A stretch of 64,000 bases of DNA from an uncultured Pseudomonadales bacterium (lineage in GTDB: Bacteria > Patescibacteriota > Microgenomatia > UBA1400 > PJMF01), in contig CAZYRN010000006.1 in assembly GCA_964650185.1 (NCBI GenBank), positions 168 to 64,167 of the forward strand. Direction: 5' to 3'. This document shows positions 18,463 to 28,264 of the stretch, in pieces. A model generated the notes under the pieces. It searched no databases. It had not been told where the DNA came from and worked only from the letters and a program-made list of their open reading frames with translations. The position numbers and the translations under genes are program-made. Position 1 is the first letter of the stretch. Each line of letters starts with the position of its first letter.

Positions 18463-18888
18463 ATGATTATGAATCGAACTCAATTCCTCCGCTTTCGAGC
18501 TTTAGTCAGTTTGTTTGTCATGGCCCTCTTGATTGCCGCCACGACTTTAGAAAGCTATCTCTTAGCCACCGCAGCGGTTTTTACCGGCATGTTAATGCTG
18601 GCGATTGGGCGAGCCCGAACCAAAATTATCACTGATGAGCGCGATGAGATTATCCAAGATAAAGCAGCCCGAACGGCCTTTGCAATTTTTGCGCCAACAA
18701 TTGGCCTAGGTGCTTTTCTAATGTTATTTCCGTCTTTGAGTCAGTTGGAGGTGTTTGCCAAAGGTGACTTTCTCTTTCTCGAGTCTGTGGGAATGATCTT
18801 TGCCTATTTAGCTTTATTTATCATCGTGCTTTATGCCATTTCCTATCTTTATTTTAATCGCAAGTTTGGGGGCAGTCGTGAAAAATAA
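18463..18888 (+). CDS. DUF2178-like small membrane protein
   Basis: 4 hydrophobic helices in 141 aa. Immediately followed by and overlapping an XRE regulator. Confidence 0.5.
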   Translation: MIMNRTQFLRFRALVSLFVMALLIAATTLESYLLATAAVFTGMLMLAIGRARTKIITDERDEIIQDKAARTAFAIFAPTIGLGAFLMLFPSLSQLEVFAKGDFLFLESVGMIFAYLALFIIVLYAISYLYFNRKFGGSREK

Positions 18889-19081
18889 GATTAAAGTCTA
18901 TCGGGCCATGCACGATTTGACCCAGGAGCAGTTGGCGGACCAAATTGGTGTCAGCCGCCAGACTGTTAACGCCATCGAAAGTGATAAATATTTACCGTCG
19001 CTAGGTTTGGCTTTTAAAATTTCCCGATTATTTAATGTGGCGATAGAAGAAGTATTTATTGATACAGAAAATAAGGAGTAA
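18878..19081 (+). CDS. XRE-family HTH transcriptional regulator
   Basis: LTQEQLADQIGVSRQTVNAIESDKYLPSLGLAFKISRLFNVAIEEVF is a classic Cro/C1 HTH. GTG start chosen at 18878, overlapping the upstream stop. Confidence 0.65.
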   Translation: MKNKIKVYRAMHDLTQEQLADQIGVSRQTVNAIESDKYLPSLGLAFKISRLFNVAIEEVFIDTENKE

Positions 19082-19082
19082 G

Positions 19083-19499
19083 ATGACTCACCTTCACACT
19101 ATTAATTTTTTAAAGAATAAAATCCTTTTTCTAGCTGCCATTGGTTTAAGCATTTTTGCTCTCTTTTTTGTGATTGGCAGCACTTGGATTGGATTTGAAA
19201 TGAAAAATCAGTGCCAGTTTGCTCAACACCAATATGGCGGCGAATGTGTTGATGCTCTCATCAGTCAGCTTGAGGATGAAAGTCAAAATAACCATGCGCG
19301 AAATGATGCAGTTTGGGCCTTGGGACAGCTGGGGGATGAGCGGGCCTTGCCTGTTTTGCAAAGCTTTTATACTGGCGTCATTCCTGAACGAGAACCCTAT
19401 GATACTGTTTTAAGTCAATATGAGTTGAAAAAAGCGATCAACCTAACTAGCGGCGGGACGAATATTTCCGCTTTCATCTGGCGCGGTTTAGTCAATTGA
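19083..19499 (+). CDS. Membrane-anchored HEAT/PBS-lyase-repeat protein
   Basis: N-terminal TM. ARNDAVWALGQLGDERALPVLQ is a HEAT-like repeat. AAGGAG RBS 6 nt upstream. Confidence 0.45.
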   Translation: MTHLHTINFLKNKILFLAAIGLSIFALFFVIGSTWIGFEMKNQCQFAQHQYGGECVDALISQLEDESQNNHARNDAVWALGQLGDERALPVLQSFYTGVIPEREPYDTVLSQYELKKAINLTSGGTNISAFIWRGLVN

Positions 19500-19550
19500 A
19501 GTCAGGCAGCTAAACAATAAAATCTTGTTTTAATCAGTTATAATAGTGGT

Positions 19551-20348
19551 ATGAAAATTAAACTGGGCTTATTGATAGCCTTTATCCTTTTATTATTAGC
19601 TGCACTGAACTGGAATATGTTTTTTCCTAATCGGCAGCAATCCACGGGCGAGTCAGAGTCAGCAGATTTAGCCATGTCAGCCTCAGACCAGGAGATGATG
19701 TTGCCTGGATTTCCCATTGATGAAATTCCCTTTTATCAAGTTATACAGGTGAGCTCCATTAAATTTTTTGTGAATGATGATCCGACCCATTTTGGGACTT
19801 ATTTAGAAAGACCAGTTAACTATTACAATGTTGTTTTTGAAAGTGAGGCTGGACCAGAGGAAACTCTAGCCTATTATCGGTCGCTAATGAGTGAGGTTAA
19901 TCAGGAAGAATTGCCAGTGGAGCAAGTTCAGGGAAAAATTGGCAAGTACAAATTATCAGCTTCTCATTATGGTGAAAATCCGGAAAACTATGTCTATCTC
20001 GAGGTGTTTTTACCTCAAGATGAGTTTCAGAAAGAAAATCGCTTCTTCGATGATTATCCAGCTGTAGTTGAAATTGATCCTAATTGGAATGAGTACGAAA
20101 GTAGTTTCGGCTATCTCAACCAAAAGGGCGGCGAAATTGAATACACCCAGTATTTTGATTTTCCAGAAAACGAAGATGAGATAATAGCTAGCTATCTGGA
20201 AAAATATCAGGATAAAACTGAGTTTAACTACAATGAAGAAAGTGGCCTGATGACTTGGCAGGATGGAGAAAATAAAGTGTATCTGACATTTTCCAAGGAT
20301 CACGGCCGCATTTACTTAATGATGAGACAGCCGCGAGTGAAAAAATAA
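19551..20348 (+). CDS. Hypothetical secreted protein
   Basis: Signal peptide LGLLIAFILLLLAALNW, then acidic domain. Confidence 0.45.
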   Translation: MKIKLGLLIAFILLLLAALNWNMFFPNRQQSTGESESADLAMSASDQEMMLPGFPIDEIPFYQVIQVSSIKFFVNDDPTHFGTYLERPVNYYNVVFESEAGPEETLAYYRSLMSEVNQEELPVEQVQGKIGKYKLSASHYGENPENYVYLEVFLPQDEFQKENRFFDDYPAVVEIDPNWNEYESSFGYLNQKGGEIEYTQYFDFPENEDEIIASYLEKYQDKTEFNYNEESGLMTWQDGENKVYLTFSKDHGRIYLMMRQPRVKK

Positions 20349-20350
20349 AC

Positions 20351-21379
20351 TTAGCTTGGCAGCGAAATGGTGATGGTAGTACCTTTGCCAACTCGACTTT
20401 GGGCATTAATAGTACCACGGTGCTGTCTGATAATTTTCTGAGCAATTGCCAAACCCAAACCAAAACCATCTTGTTGCGATCTAGATTTATCAGCACGATA
20501 AAAACGATCAAAAATATGCGGTAGATCTTGAGGAGAGATGCCCTTGCCCTGATCAGAAATGGTCAAAATCACTTGATGCTTATCTTGAACTGCCTCAATC
20601 TCAATTTGACTCTGAGCGGGACTATACTTGATAGCATTATCCAAAATAGTCACTAGCGCTTCTATTAATGAGGGGGTGTGCGCCATGACTGACAGTTGTG
20701 GCACGTCTGTAACGAATTTAATTTGTTTTTGTTTTGCTAAAACTGCCACTCGCTTGACAGCCGCTGTGACTATTTTTGACAATGAAACTTTTTTAAAGCT
20801 AGTTGGTGCAGTAAAATTTTGAGTTTGAGAAAACTTAAGCAGCCGATCGGTTAAGTGCTGCAAAGTTGCTACCTCTTCCAGATTGCTGTTTAGAATTTGC
20901 CGAGTTTTTTTCTCGCTGAGTTTCTTTTCTAATAAATTGCTTTCCAGCTCTGCCCGAAGTGTTGCTAAGGGTGTGCGCAGTTCGTGAGAAGCATTAGAGA
21001 TAAACTCGTTTTGTTCATCTACCATCTTTTTAATGGGTTGTAAGGTACGTCCTGCCAAATAATACCCAGCTCCGCCAGCAATCATGAGGATGACACCGTT
21101 AACTAGCAACAGAGCTGTGAGAGTTCTTTGCCGCAGTTCTTCCAGCTCAACTAAGTGGGGTAAATTGCGGCCTCTTTCTAAAAATCTTGGTCCCAGACCA
21201 GGTGCATCAGCTGGTAGATTCATGGTACTACGAATAATTAGCCGTTGAATTTCTCGAGTAGAAACTTGATAAAATGCCAAACTGAAAATGACGCTGACGA
21301 TCATAATAATGATCAGGTATTGCAGCGTGATTTTTAAGCGGGCAGACTCAAATAACTCATTTTTCATCAGTGATCTCAT
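20351..21379 (-). CDS. Two-component sensor histidine kinase
   Basis: Two TM helices. H-box NASHELRTPLATL. HATPase_c with G-boxes (DQGKGISPQD, GFGLGLAIA). Confidence 0.8.
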   Translation of the reverse strand: MRSLMKNELFESARLKITLQYLIIIMIVSVIFSLAFYQVSTREIQRLIIRSTMNLPADAPGLGPRFLERGRNLPHLVELEELRQRTLTALLLVNGVILMIAGGAGYYLAGRTLQPIKKMVDEQNEFISNASHELRTPLATLRAELESNLLEKKLSEKKTRQILNSNLEEVATLQHLTDRLLKFSQTQNFTAPTSFKKVSLSKIVTAAVKRVAVLAKQKQIKFVTDVPQLSVMAHTPSLIEALVTILDNAIKYSPAQSQIEIEAVQDKHQVILTISDQGKGISPQDLPHIFDRFYRADKSRSQQDGFGLGLAIAQKIIRQHRGTINAQSRVGKGTTITISLPS

Positions 21380-22031
21380 AACCGAAGCCTCTTACGGTCT
21401 GAATTAACTGATCGTGAAAAGGTTTTTCGATTTTATCTCTTAAATTTTTAATATGGACTTCAATGGTACTAGGTAAGATGTCATTCTCATAGTTCCAGAC
21501 GTGGGCGATGAGCTGTTCTTTTGAAATAACTTTATTTTTATTAAGCAGCAAATATTCTAAAATGGCAAACTCTTTGGCAGAAAGTGAGATTTCTTCGCTC
21601 TCACGCTCTACCTTGAGTGAAACAGGATCAAGTGTTAGATTTTTAACTTTGAGCAGGGGAGTTGGATTTAGATGAGACCGTCTCATTAAGGCTCTAATTC
21701 GGGAAAATAACTCATCAAAAGAAAATGGTTTCACTAAATAATCATCGGCACCACAATCCAGGCCGGACACTCTATCTTTGAGCTGGCCTTTAGCAGTTAG
21801 CATCAAAATGGGAGTAGAATTATTTTCCGCACGAAGCTGCTGGCAAATTTGCATGCCATCTAAACTAGGCAGCATCAGATCTAAAATAATCAGATCAAAA
21901 GTTTCAGAGCTGGCGAGCCCATATCCCTCCTCACCGTCATGGGTTATATCGACGGCGTAGTGTTGGAGTTCAAGGGCTCTTTTGATTGCTTTGGCCAGCT
22001 TTATTTCATCTTCAATGACGAGTATTCTCAT
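21357..22031 (-). CDS. OmpR-family response regulator
   Basis: Receiver (IEDE...DLIILDLMLP...LTAKG). Winged-helix output (VRGFGYEI). Overlaps the kinase gene. Confidence 0.85.
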   Translation of the reverse strand: MRILVIEDEIKLAKAIKRALELQHYAVDITHDGEEGYGLASSETFDLIILDLMLPSLDGMQICQQLRAENNSTPILMLTAKGQLKDRVSGLDCGADDYLVKPFSFDELFSRIRALMRRSHLNPTPLLKVKNLTLDPVSLKVERESEEISLSAKEFAILEYLLLNKNKVISKEQLIAHVWNYENDILPSTIEVHIKNLRDKIEKPFHDQLIQTVRGFGYEITDEK

Positions 22032-22048
22032 TGATAGCTATTCTACAC

Positions 22049-22552
22049 CTATTTTCTACCAGCCCTATTTCTGACGCCAACTTGTGGTGCAATGACTGCT
22101 GGGTCAATGCCGTTTTCAGCTGCCCATTTTTCCAGCTCTTCATGTTTGGCAGCCATTTCTTCGCGTCTTGCTGTCATTTCAGCTTGAGCTTGGCTATCAA
22201 ATTGACCATTCATCATCATTCTGATGGGTTTAAGACCTAGTTCAGCTTTTTTCTGGATCAGTGACTGTTTTTGCTCTTCAGTCATAGTTCCTTCCTCAAC
22301 TAGCTGAGTGAGTCTAGTTTCTTGATCCTGCAATCTTACTCGCTCTCGGTCCTGGTGGACTTCGTTAAAGACAGTTTCCACCTCGTTTTGATTCAGATTG
22401 AATCGTTCTGATAGTTTGCCAATGACATCAGAAAAAGGCCGATTAGCTCTAACTGGAGCAGTTTCTGCCTGTACTGGCGTGGTGCTGAGTAAGGCACCTC
22501 CTAAGATAATTAATGATGACCCTGCGAGAAGAAATTTTTGTTTAGTTTTCAT
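22049..22552 (-). CDS. Hypothetical secreted helical protein
   Basis: Signal peptide then Q/E-rich helical repeats. 17 nt from the response regulator gene. Confidence 0.45.
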   Translation of the reverse strand: MKTKQKFLLAGSSLIILGGALLSTTPVQAETAPVRANRPFSDVIGKLSERFNLNQNEVETVFNEVHQDRERVRLQDQETRLTQLVEEGTMTEEQKQSLIQKKAELGLKPIRMMMNGQFDSQAQAEMTARREEMAAKHEELEKWAAENGIDPAVIAPQVGVRNRAGRK

Positions 22553-22615
22553 AGCTCTTCCCTCCTTTCATAAACCAAATCTAACTGATGAAACTTAAGA
22601 AATGCTGAAGTGGAG

Positions 22616-23671
22616 TTAAAGTGAACTGGCTAAAGATTTTCTTTCCATAATCACCATCCACAGCACGAGGCCGGCATAGAGAGATAGCTCCGCCACTTCA
22701 GACCAAGAGTGCCAGATACCCCACTCAACTCGCAGCTGCTGCACGAAATAAATCAAAGGCAGGACGAAATATCCAATTAAATGTTGGAGTGGAGCCAAGA
22801 TCTCATATTTTTGAAGTGATTTGATTGAGCGGATAAGAACTCCGCCTAGTGTGCCAAATAAACTGAGAGCAGTGTAAGCATAGATGACCAGCCACTCGAC
22901 CGCATAGAGATTGTGAAAAGTTAGTTCTTCTTGGCGATTTACCTCTTTAACCGCCTCACTCACTTCTAAACCCAATAAACGCTGACCCCAAGCAATCTCA
23001 TCTCCGGCCACGGCCGCAAAACCAATAATCGCTGCTAAGGTAATGGCTGTTCTAAGCCAGTGTTTTTTCCGCCAGTGTGAGAGCAGGGCTGGCAGCAAGC
23101 CGAGTGAGCCAAGCGCAAGCACCCAAAATTGGAGATTTTCCACGAGGTGATCCTCTTTTACCAGCTCTTTGAAAAAATTCATTGGCCATAAACTGGCTAG
23201 ATAAAAAAGAGCCAAGGCAATGAAAGGCAACCAGAAAACCACCTGGGTCCAACATTTTTGCCACCAGGATTTAGTTTGCAGCAACAATAAGCTTAAACTA
23301 GCAAAAACTAATCCGACCGTTAGCTGATTGAGATTAAGATGAGTAAGAGAGAAGACAGCGTTAGGATGACGCCCGACACCGTAGCAGGTTAAACCCGTTA
23401 CAGCTAAGGTTAAAACCAGAATTAGCGTCATTAAAAGAAACCTAGCGGCTGGAATGAGGTTAATCAATGGCTGCTGCCAACGCCATACAGCCACGAGAAT
23501 TAAGCCTGGTACAACCAAGTCAGCTGCAGAGATGCCAATCAAATTATGCACAGTTTCTTGACTGCCAATGCTATCTAAACCAACCAAGCATAATATTCCC
23601 AAGATTATGGCAGAAAAAAGATAATCAAAATTATTTTTTGAAGTGAAATAACTTAGCCAGGGTTTGAGCAT
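22616..23671 (-). CDS. Hypothetical polytopic membrane protein
   Basis: 351 aa with about 10 hydrophobic segments. No assignable motif. Confidence 0.45.
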   Translation of the reverse strand: MLKPWLSYFTSKNNFDYLFSAIILGILCLVGLDSIGSQETVHNLIGISAADLVVPGLILVAVWRWQQPLINLIPAARFLLMTLILVLTLAVTGLTCYGVGRHPNAVFSLTHLNLNQLTVGLVFASLSLLLLQTKSWWQKCWTQVVFWLPFIALALFYLASLWPMNFFKELVKEDHLVENLQFWVLALGSLGLLPALLSHWRKKHWLRTAITLAAIIGFAAVAGDEIAWGQRLLGLEVSEAVKEVNRQEELTFHNLYAVEWLVIYAYTALSLFGTLGGVLIRSIKSLQKYEILAPLQHLIGYFVLPLIYFVQQLRVEWGIWHSWSEVAELSLYAGLVLWMVIMERKSLASSL

Positions 23672-23708
23672 GGCTAAATTATAGCAAGAGATGATAGTAA
23701 TTTCCCAG

Positions 23709-23746
23709 TTGACACTTTCTATTTACATATTCTAAAATTCGAATAT
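23709..23746 (+). promoter_or_regulatory. Putative promoter TTGACA-N18-TAAAAT producing a leaderless mRNA, with palindrome ATTCGAAT / ATATTC-N8-GAATAT overlapping -10 and the start codon
   Basis: TTGACA 23709-23714. TAAAAT 23733-23738. ATG at 23745 with no RBS. Perfect ATTCGAAT palindrome 23737-23744 nested in a larger inverted repeat 23727-23746. Confidence 0.35.
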
Positions 23747-24254
23747 GTATTCTGAAATCTTTGAATTGCAAGCTCAGCTGCTAAAATCTTTAGCCCATCC
23801 CCGCCGCCTGGAAATTATCCATTTATTAAGAGAGGCGGAACTGCCGGTTAATGATATTCACACTATGCTTGATTTACCTCAAGCGAACATTAGTCAGCAT
23901 CTTATGCTCCTGAGAGATGCGGGGGTGGTGACGACTCGCAAAGAGGGCAAGCAGATTTATTACCGGCTTAGTCATCCGCAAATTATTGAAGCCTGCGATG
24001 TCTTGAGAGAGATTTTAATTGCTAAGTTGAAGAAGCAGGAGCAGCAGCTTGATGTCAAATTAGCTGATGAGATTTTGGCAAAAATGTCTGATTTTGTGCC
24101 AGTGACCCATGATCCTGTGTGCCAGATGAGAGTCTCGCCAAAAACAGCCGGTTTTCACTTACATTATCATAGCCAAGATTATTATTTTTGTGCCAGCGGC
24201 TGTCTGAAAAAATTTCAAGAAAATCCTAGTAAATATGAGACAAAACATGACTAA
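23745..24254 (+). CDS. ArsR/SmtB-family metalloregulator fused to a C-terminal YHS (Cu-binding) domain
   Basis: HTH LAHPRRLEIIHLL...ANISQHLMLLRDAGVV. C-terminal HDPVCQMRV...YYFCASGCLKKF is a YHS/TRASH-type metal-binding domain. Confidence 0.7.
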   Translation: MYSEIFELQAQLLKSLAHPRRLEIIHLLREAELPVNDIHTMLDLPQANISQHLMLLRDAGVVTTRKEGKQIYYRLSHPQIIEACDVLREILIAKLKKQEQQLDVKLADEILAKMSDFVPVTHDPVCQMRVSPKTAGFHLHYHSQDYYFCASGCLKKFQENPSKYETKHD

Positions 24255-26640
24255 AACTAAGCAATCTGTTTCTCCATCCGTCCACCAGCCGCAGACAATG
24301 AATGTGATTGGCATGCATTGTGCTTCATGCGCGCAAAATATTAAAAGACGGTTATCAAAAGTGGATGGGGTTGAAGTGTGCGAGGTTAATTATGGGACTG
24401 AGACTGCTCAAATTGCCTATGATCCGCAGCAGACATCTTTAGCAAAGTTAAATCAAGAAATAGGCAAATTGGGCTATTCATTAGCGGCGTCGGCAAATTC
24501 AGTTTCGCCGGCCCAGCATGATCAGACTCAGCACGACCACGAGCCCGACCGCGCTTCTCCCGACCATCAGCACGATCACGGTGTCCATATTGAGGTCATT
24601 TCTGATCAAGCTACGAGAGAGCGGAAGCTGGCCGAGTTAGCGGTCGTAAAAAAACAGGTCATAATTTCTTTGCCATTAATTCTGATCAGTATTTTTACCA
24701 TGATTTGGGAGTTGGGCGCTGGCAGCTGGCTGCCCATGCTGCCAGTGGTGGATCAACTATTAATGCACTTACTGCCCGTTCTGGCAACTTATATGTTGTT
24801 TGTGGTGGGTCAGCCTTATTTAGCAGCGGTAGTGAGATTCATCAAGTACCGAGTCGCGAACATGGACACATTGGTCGGCATCGGGACGCTGGTCGCTTTC
24901 TTATATAGTTTAACTTTGTCTGCCTTGGCTCCAGTTTTAGAAACTTTTGTCGATACTAATCAGCATTACTACGATGTGACCATTGTGGTGATTGGGTTTA
25001 TTACTTTAGGTAAATATTTAGAACAGCGTTCCAAACTTAAAACTGGCGAGGCGATTGAAAAACTGCTGAACCTGCAGGCCAAAAAAGCCCTAGTGTTGCG
25101 GGATGGTCAGGAAATTGAAGTGCCGGTTGAAGAGGTGCTGGTTGGAGAAATTGTTCTAATCAAACCTGGGCAAAAAGTGCCAGTGGATGGTGAACTTATT
25201 AAAGGTCTTACTTCGATTGATGAGTCGATGATCACTGGAGAGCCAATCCCAGTCGATAAAGAGCCGGGTGATCAGCTGATTGGTGCCACCATCAATAAAC
25301 AAGGCTCGGTGCAGATGAGAGCGACTCAAGTGGGCGGGGAGACGATGCTGTCACAAATCATTAAGATGGTTGAGACGGCTCAGGGTTCCAAGGCGCCAAT
25401 TGAGCGTTTGGCTGATCAGATTTCGGCGGTGTTTGTGCCAGTGGTATTAGTGTTGGCGTTAGTGGTGTTTTTAACCTGGTTAATTGTGGGTTCACAGTTT
25501 ATGCCTGGCTCACAAGCATTAGCGCTGGGCGTTATTAGTACAGTGGGTGTGTTGGTGATCGCATGTCCGTGCGCCATGGGTTTAGCCACGCCCACTGCTG
25601 TCATTGTTGGAGTGGGCAAAGCGGCGCAATCAGGAATTTTAGTTAAAAATGCCGAAAACTTAGAAAGATTAAATCAGGTCAATTATGTCGTGCTAGATAA
25701 AACCGGCACGGTGACTCAAGGCAAACCTGAGGTCGCTGAGGTAAAAATTGCCACCAATTTAGCGGATAAGTTTAGTGAGCAGGAACTGCTACAAATTGTC
25801 GGTTCGTTGGAAAAGCTGTCGGAACATCCGTTAGCTCAGGCAATTGTTGACTACGCCGTTAGTGAAAAGATCAAATTAGCTGAAGTGAGTGAGTTTGCCA
25901 TGATGGCAGGCAAAGGTTTGCGAGGCAAGATTGACGGTCAGCGCTATTGGGCAGGCAACTTAGCTTTGGCGGAAGAGCTGTCATTAGCTGTTGATGAAGT
26001 GTTGATTGATCGCTTTGCCAGTGAGGGAAAAACCCCGATTGTGGTGATGTCTGAGAAAAAAGTTTTAGGCTATTTAGCGTTGGCGGACACGATCAGACCA
26101 GATGCAGCTGCCACTATTAAAGAGCTGCATCGAGCTGGTAAAAAGGTAGCTTTATTAACTGGTGATAATCACAAAACAGCTCAGTTTATAGCGGATCAGC
26201 TACAGATTGACCAAGTGATGGCAGAAGTGCTGCCAGGTGACAAAGCGGCTGAGGTGCAGCGTTTGCAAGATCAAGGCTATGTGGTGGCGATGGTGGGCGA
26301 TGGCATTAATGATGCGCCAGCCTTAGCTACTGCTGACGTGGGAATTGCCATGGGGACGGGTACCGATGTGGCTATTGAGTCAGCTGGGATAACTTTACTA
26401 GGAGGTCAGCTAGCTAAACTCAGTCAGGCAGTGAAGTTGTCAGCCGCCACCATGAAAACTATCAAACAAAATTTGTTTTGGGCTTTCTTTTATAACGTCA
26501 TTGGTATTCCAGTGGCAGCAGGTGTGCTTTATCCTTTCTTTGGCATCTTGCTTAGTCCTGCTATTGCTGGAGCAGCCATGGCATTTTCAAGTGTGTCTGT
26601 GGTGCTAAATGCATTAAGATTAAAGACAGTCAAACTATAA
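24235..26640 (+). CDS. copA: Copper-translocating P1B-type ATPase
   Basis: N-terminal HMA (GMHCASCA). His-rich linker. CPC motif (ACPCAMG). DKTGTVT phosphorylation site. GDGINDAP. Confidence 0.9.
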   Translation: MRQNMTKTKQSVSPSVHQPQTMNVIGMHCASCAQNIKRRLSKVDGVEVCEVNYGTETAQIAYDPQQTSLAKLNQEIGKLGYSLAASANSVSPAQHDQTQHDHEPDRASPDHQHDHGVHIEVISDQATRERKLAELAVVKKQVIISLPLILISIFTMIWELGAGSWLPMLPVVDQLLMHLLPVLATYMLFVVGQPYLAAVVRFIKYRVANMDTLVGIGTLVAFLYSLTLSALAPVLETFVDTNQHYYDVTIVVIGFITLGKYLEQRSKLKTGEAIEKLLNLQAKKALVLRDGQEIEVPVEEVLVGEIVLIKPGQKVPVDGELIKGLTSIDESMITGEPIPVDKEPGDQLIGATINKQGSVQMRATQVGGETMLSQIIKMVETAQGSKAPIERLADQISAVFVPVVLVLALVVFLTWLIVGSQFMPGSQALALGVISTVGVLVIACPCAMGLATPTAVIVGVGKAAQSGILVKNAENLERLNQVNYVVLDKTGTVTQGKPEVAEVKIATNLADKFSEQELLQIVGSLEKLSEHPLAQAIVDYAVSEKIKLAEVSEFAMMAGKGLRGKIDGQRYWAGNLALAEELSLAVDEVLIDRFASEGKTPIVVMSEKKVLGYLALADTIRPDAAATIKELHRAGKKVALLTGDNHKTAQFIADQLQIDQVMAEVLPGDKAAEVQRLQDQGYVVAMVGDGINDAPALATADVGIAMGTGTDVAIESAGITLLGGQLAKLSQAVKLSAATMKTIKQNLFWAFFYNVIGIPVAAGVLYPFFGILLSPAIAGAAMAFSSVSVVLNALRLKTVKL

Positions 26641-26676
26641 GTTGTAATTGTCAGTATTAGAGGCATTATTAGAGGA

Positions 26677-27693
26677 GTGGTTATGAACTTAGGCTTAATT
26701 TTTCTCACCGGACTTACCACGGGCGGGTTGTCCTGCTTGGCAATGCAGGGCGGTTTGTTGGCGGGAGCAGTGACAAATCAGAAAACTGTGTCGCAGCAGA
26801 ACTGGCTGCCGGTGGGCATGTTTTTGTTAACCAAACTAATTGCCCACACGATCTTGGGGGCGTTATTAGGAGCTTTAGGTTCAGTGATAAGTTTAAGTTT
26901 GGGAGTGAGATTAGGTTTTCAAATTTTTACGGCTTTGTTTATGTTCGCCACTGCCATGAATTTATTAGACGTTCATCCTATTTTTAGAGTGGTGGCATTT
27001 CAGCCGCCCAAGTTTTTACAGCGACTGGTTCGTAATTCCAGCAAGAGTCAGGCTTTATTTGCCCCGGCTGTTTTAGGAGCATTGACGATTTTTATTCCTT
27101 GCGGAGTGACGCAGGCGATGGAGGTATTGGCCATTAATATCGGTAATCCGGTAGCAGGCGCCTTAATCATGTTTGCTTTTGTGTTAGGCACATCACCGCT
27201 GTTTGCTTTATTGGGTTTAGCTGCAGCTAAGCTAAGCGAAGGTATGTATCAAGCTTTTTCTAAATTGGCGGCAGCGGTGTTAATCGGTATGGCAATTTAT
27301 GGAGTTAACGGCGTGTTGTTGGTGCTAGGATCACCTATCACTCTCAATAACATCACTAGACCAATTACCTACTTTTTTTCTGATGAAAGATTTGCCAAAG
27401 CAGATTATGCTGCTAACACGAATAATGGGATACAACAAGTAAATATAGAAGTATTGAATAATGGATACTCTCCTAGTTATGTCCGAGTCAAAGCGGGTGT
27501 ACCGGTGCAGCTGACACTAACCAGCAACGAAGTTTATTCATGTGCGCTATCATTTATTTTAAATGAATTCGGCATTAAGACTTTCCTAGCCGCGACCGAT
27601 CAGCAGACCTTTAGCTTTACACCAGAGCAGCCGGGCCGATATACCTATACCTGTTCCATGGGCATGTACAGCGGCATCTTAGAGGTAATTTAA
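26677..27693 (+). CDS. Polytopic membrane protein with C-terminal cupredoxin-like domain (copper-operon accessory)
   Basis: 6-8 TM (GGLSCLAMQGG in TM1). C-terminal soluble domain YSPSYVRVKAGVPVQLTLTS...YTYTCSMGMYSGILEV has a cupredoxin-like beta pattern with C/M ligand candidates. Confidence 0.5.
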   Translation: MVMNLGLIFLTGLTTGGLSCLAMQGGLLAGAVTNQKTVSQQNWLPVGMFLLTKLIAHTILGALLGALGSVISLSLGVRLGFQIFTALFMFATAMNLLDVHPIFRVVAFQPPKFLQRLVRNSSKSQALFAPAVLGALTIFIPCGVTQAMEVLAINIGNPVAGALIMFAFVLGTSPLFALLGLAAAKLSEGMYQAFSKLAAAVLIGMAIYGVNGVLLVLGSPITLNNITRPITYFFSDERFAKADYAANTNNGIQQVNIEVLNNGYSPSYVRVKAGVPVQLTLTSNEVYSCALSFILNEFGIKTFLAATDQQTFSFTPEQPGRYTYTCSMGMYSGILEVI

Positions 27694-27715
27694 TTAACAG
27701 ATATTTAAGGGAAAT

Positions 27716-27973
27716 ATGTGGTCAATTTTTAGCAGGAAATCAACTGAAAAAAGTAGTCAATATCAAACTGCCACTTTTAAAATTATTGGCATGCACTGTA
27801 CGAGCTGTAGCATGAACATTGATGGTGAATTAGAGGATACCACTGGCGTGATTAGTGCCAGCACTAGCTATGCTAAGTCGGAAACTAAGGTCGTTTTTGA
27901 TCCGAAAAAAATTCAGCCTAAAAAAATCCAACAGGTGATTGGCAGTTTGAATTATGAAGTAGAGCTTGCTTAA
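27716..27973 (+). CDS. copZ: Copper chaperone CopZ-like HMA domain protein
   Basis: FKIIGMHCTSCSMNI is a GMxCxxC HMA motif. 85 aa. Confidence 0.75.
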   Translation: MWSIFSRKSTEKSSQYQTATFKIIGMHCTSCSMNIDGELEDTTGVISASTSYAKSETKVVFDPKKIQPKKIQQVIGSLNYEVELA

Positions 27974-28264
27974 GCAAGATACTGCAGTGACCCTAATGAT
28001 GAGTAGTGTTCATTTAATTCATGGAGAGTTTTCATCTCGTCTGCGCTAAGCTTGAAGTCAAAAATATCCAGGTTTTCTGCTTGATGGTCTTTTTGATTAG
28101 CCCTAGGAATTGGTACGGTGGCGAAGTGACCCGTAGGTGGAACCAGATTTACCCTTCATTATATAGAACATATCTTCGACTTAAAGAACTTGGATATACG
28201 TATAACAACGGCCAAGTAATTGCACCTTCTGTGATTAATAAAAAACCAAGAAAGGAGGTGTATT

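Noticed and set aside
28225-28235. GATTAATAAA 10-mer shared by the left (28226-28235) and right (47921-47930) island edges as att direct repeats
   Set aside because: It is AT-rich and short, and is expected by chance in a 35% GC region. It is not positioned at clear gene-content boundaries.
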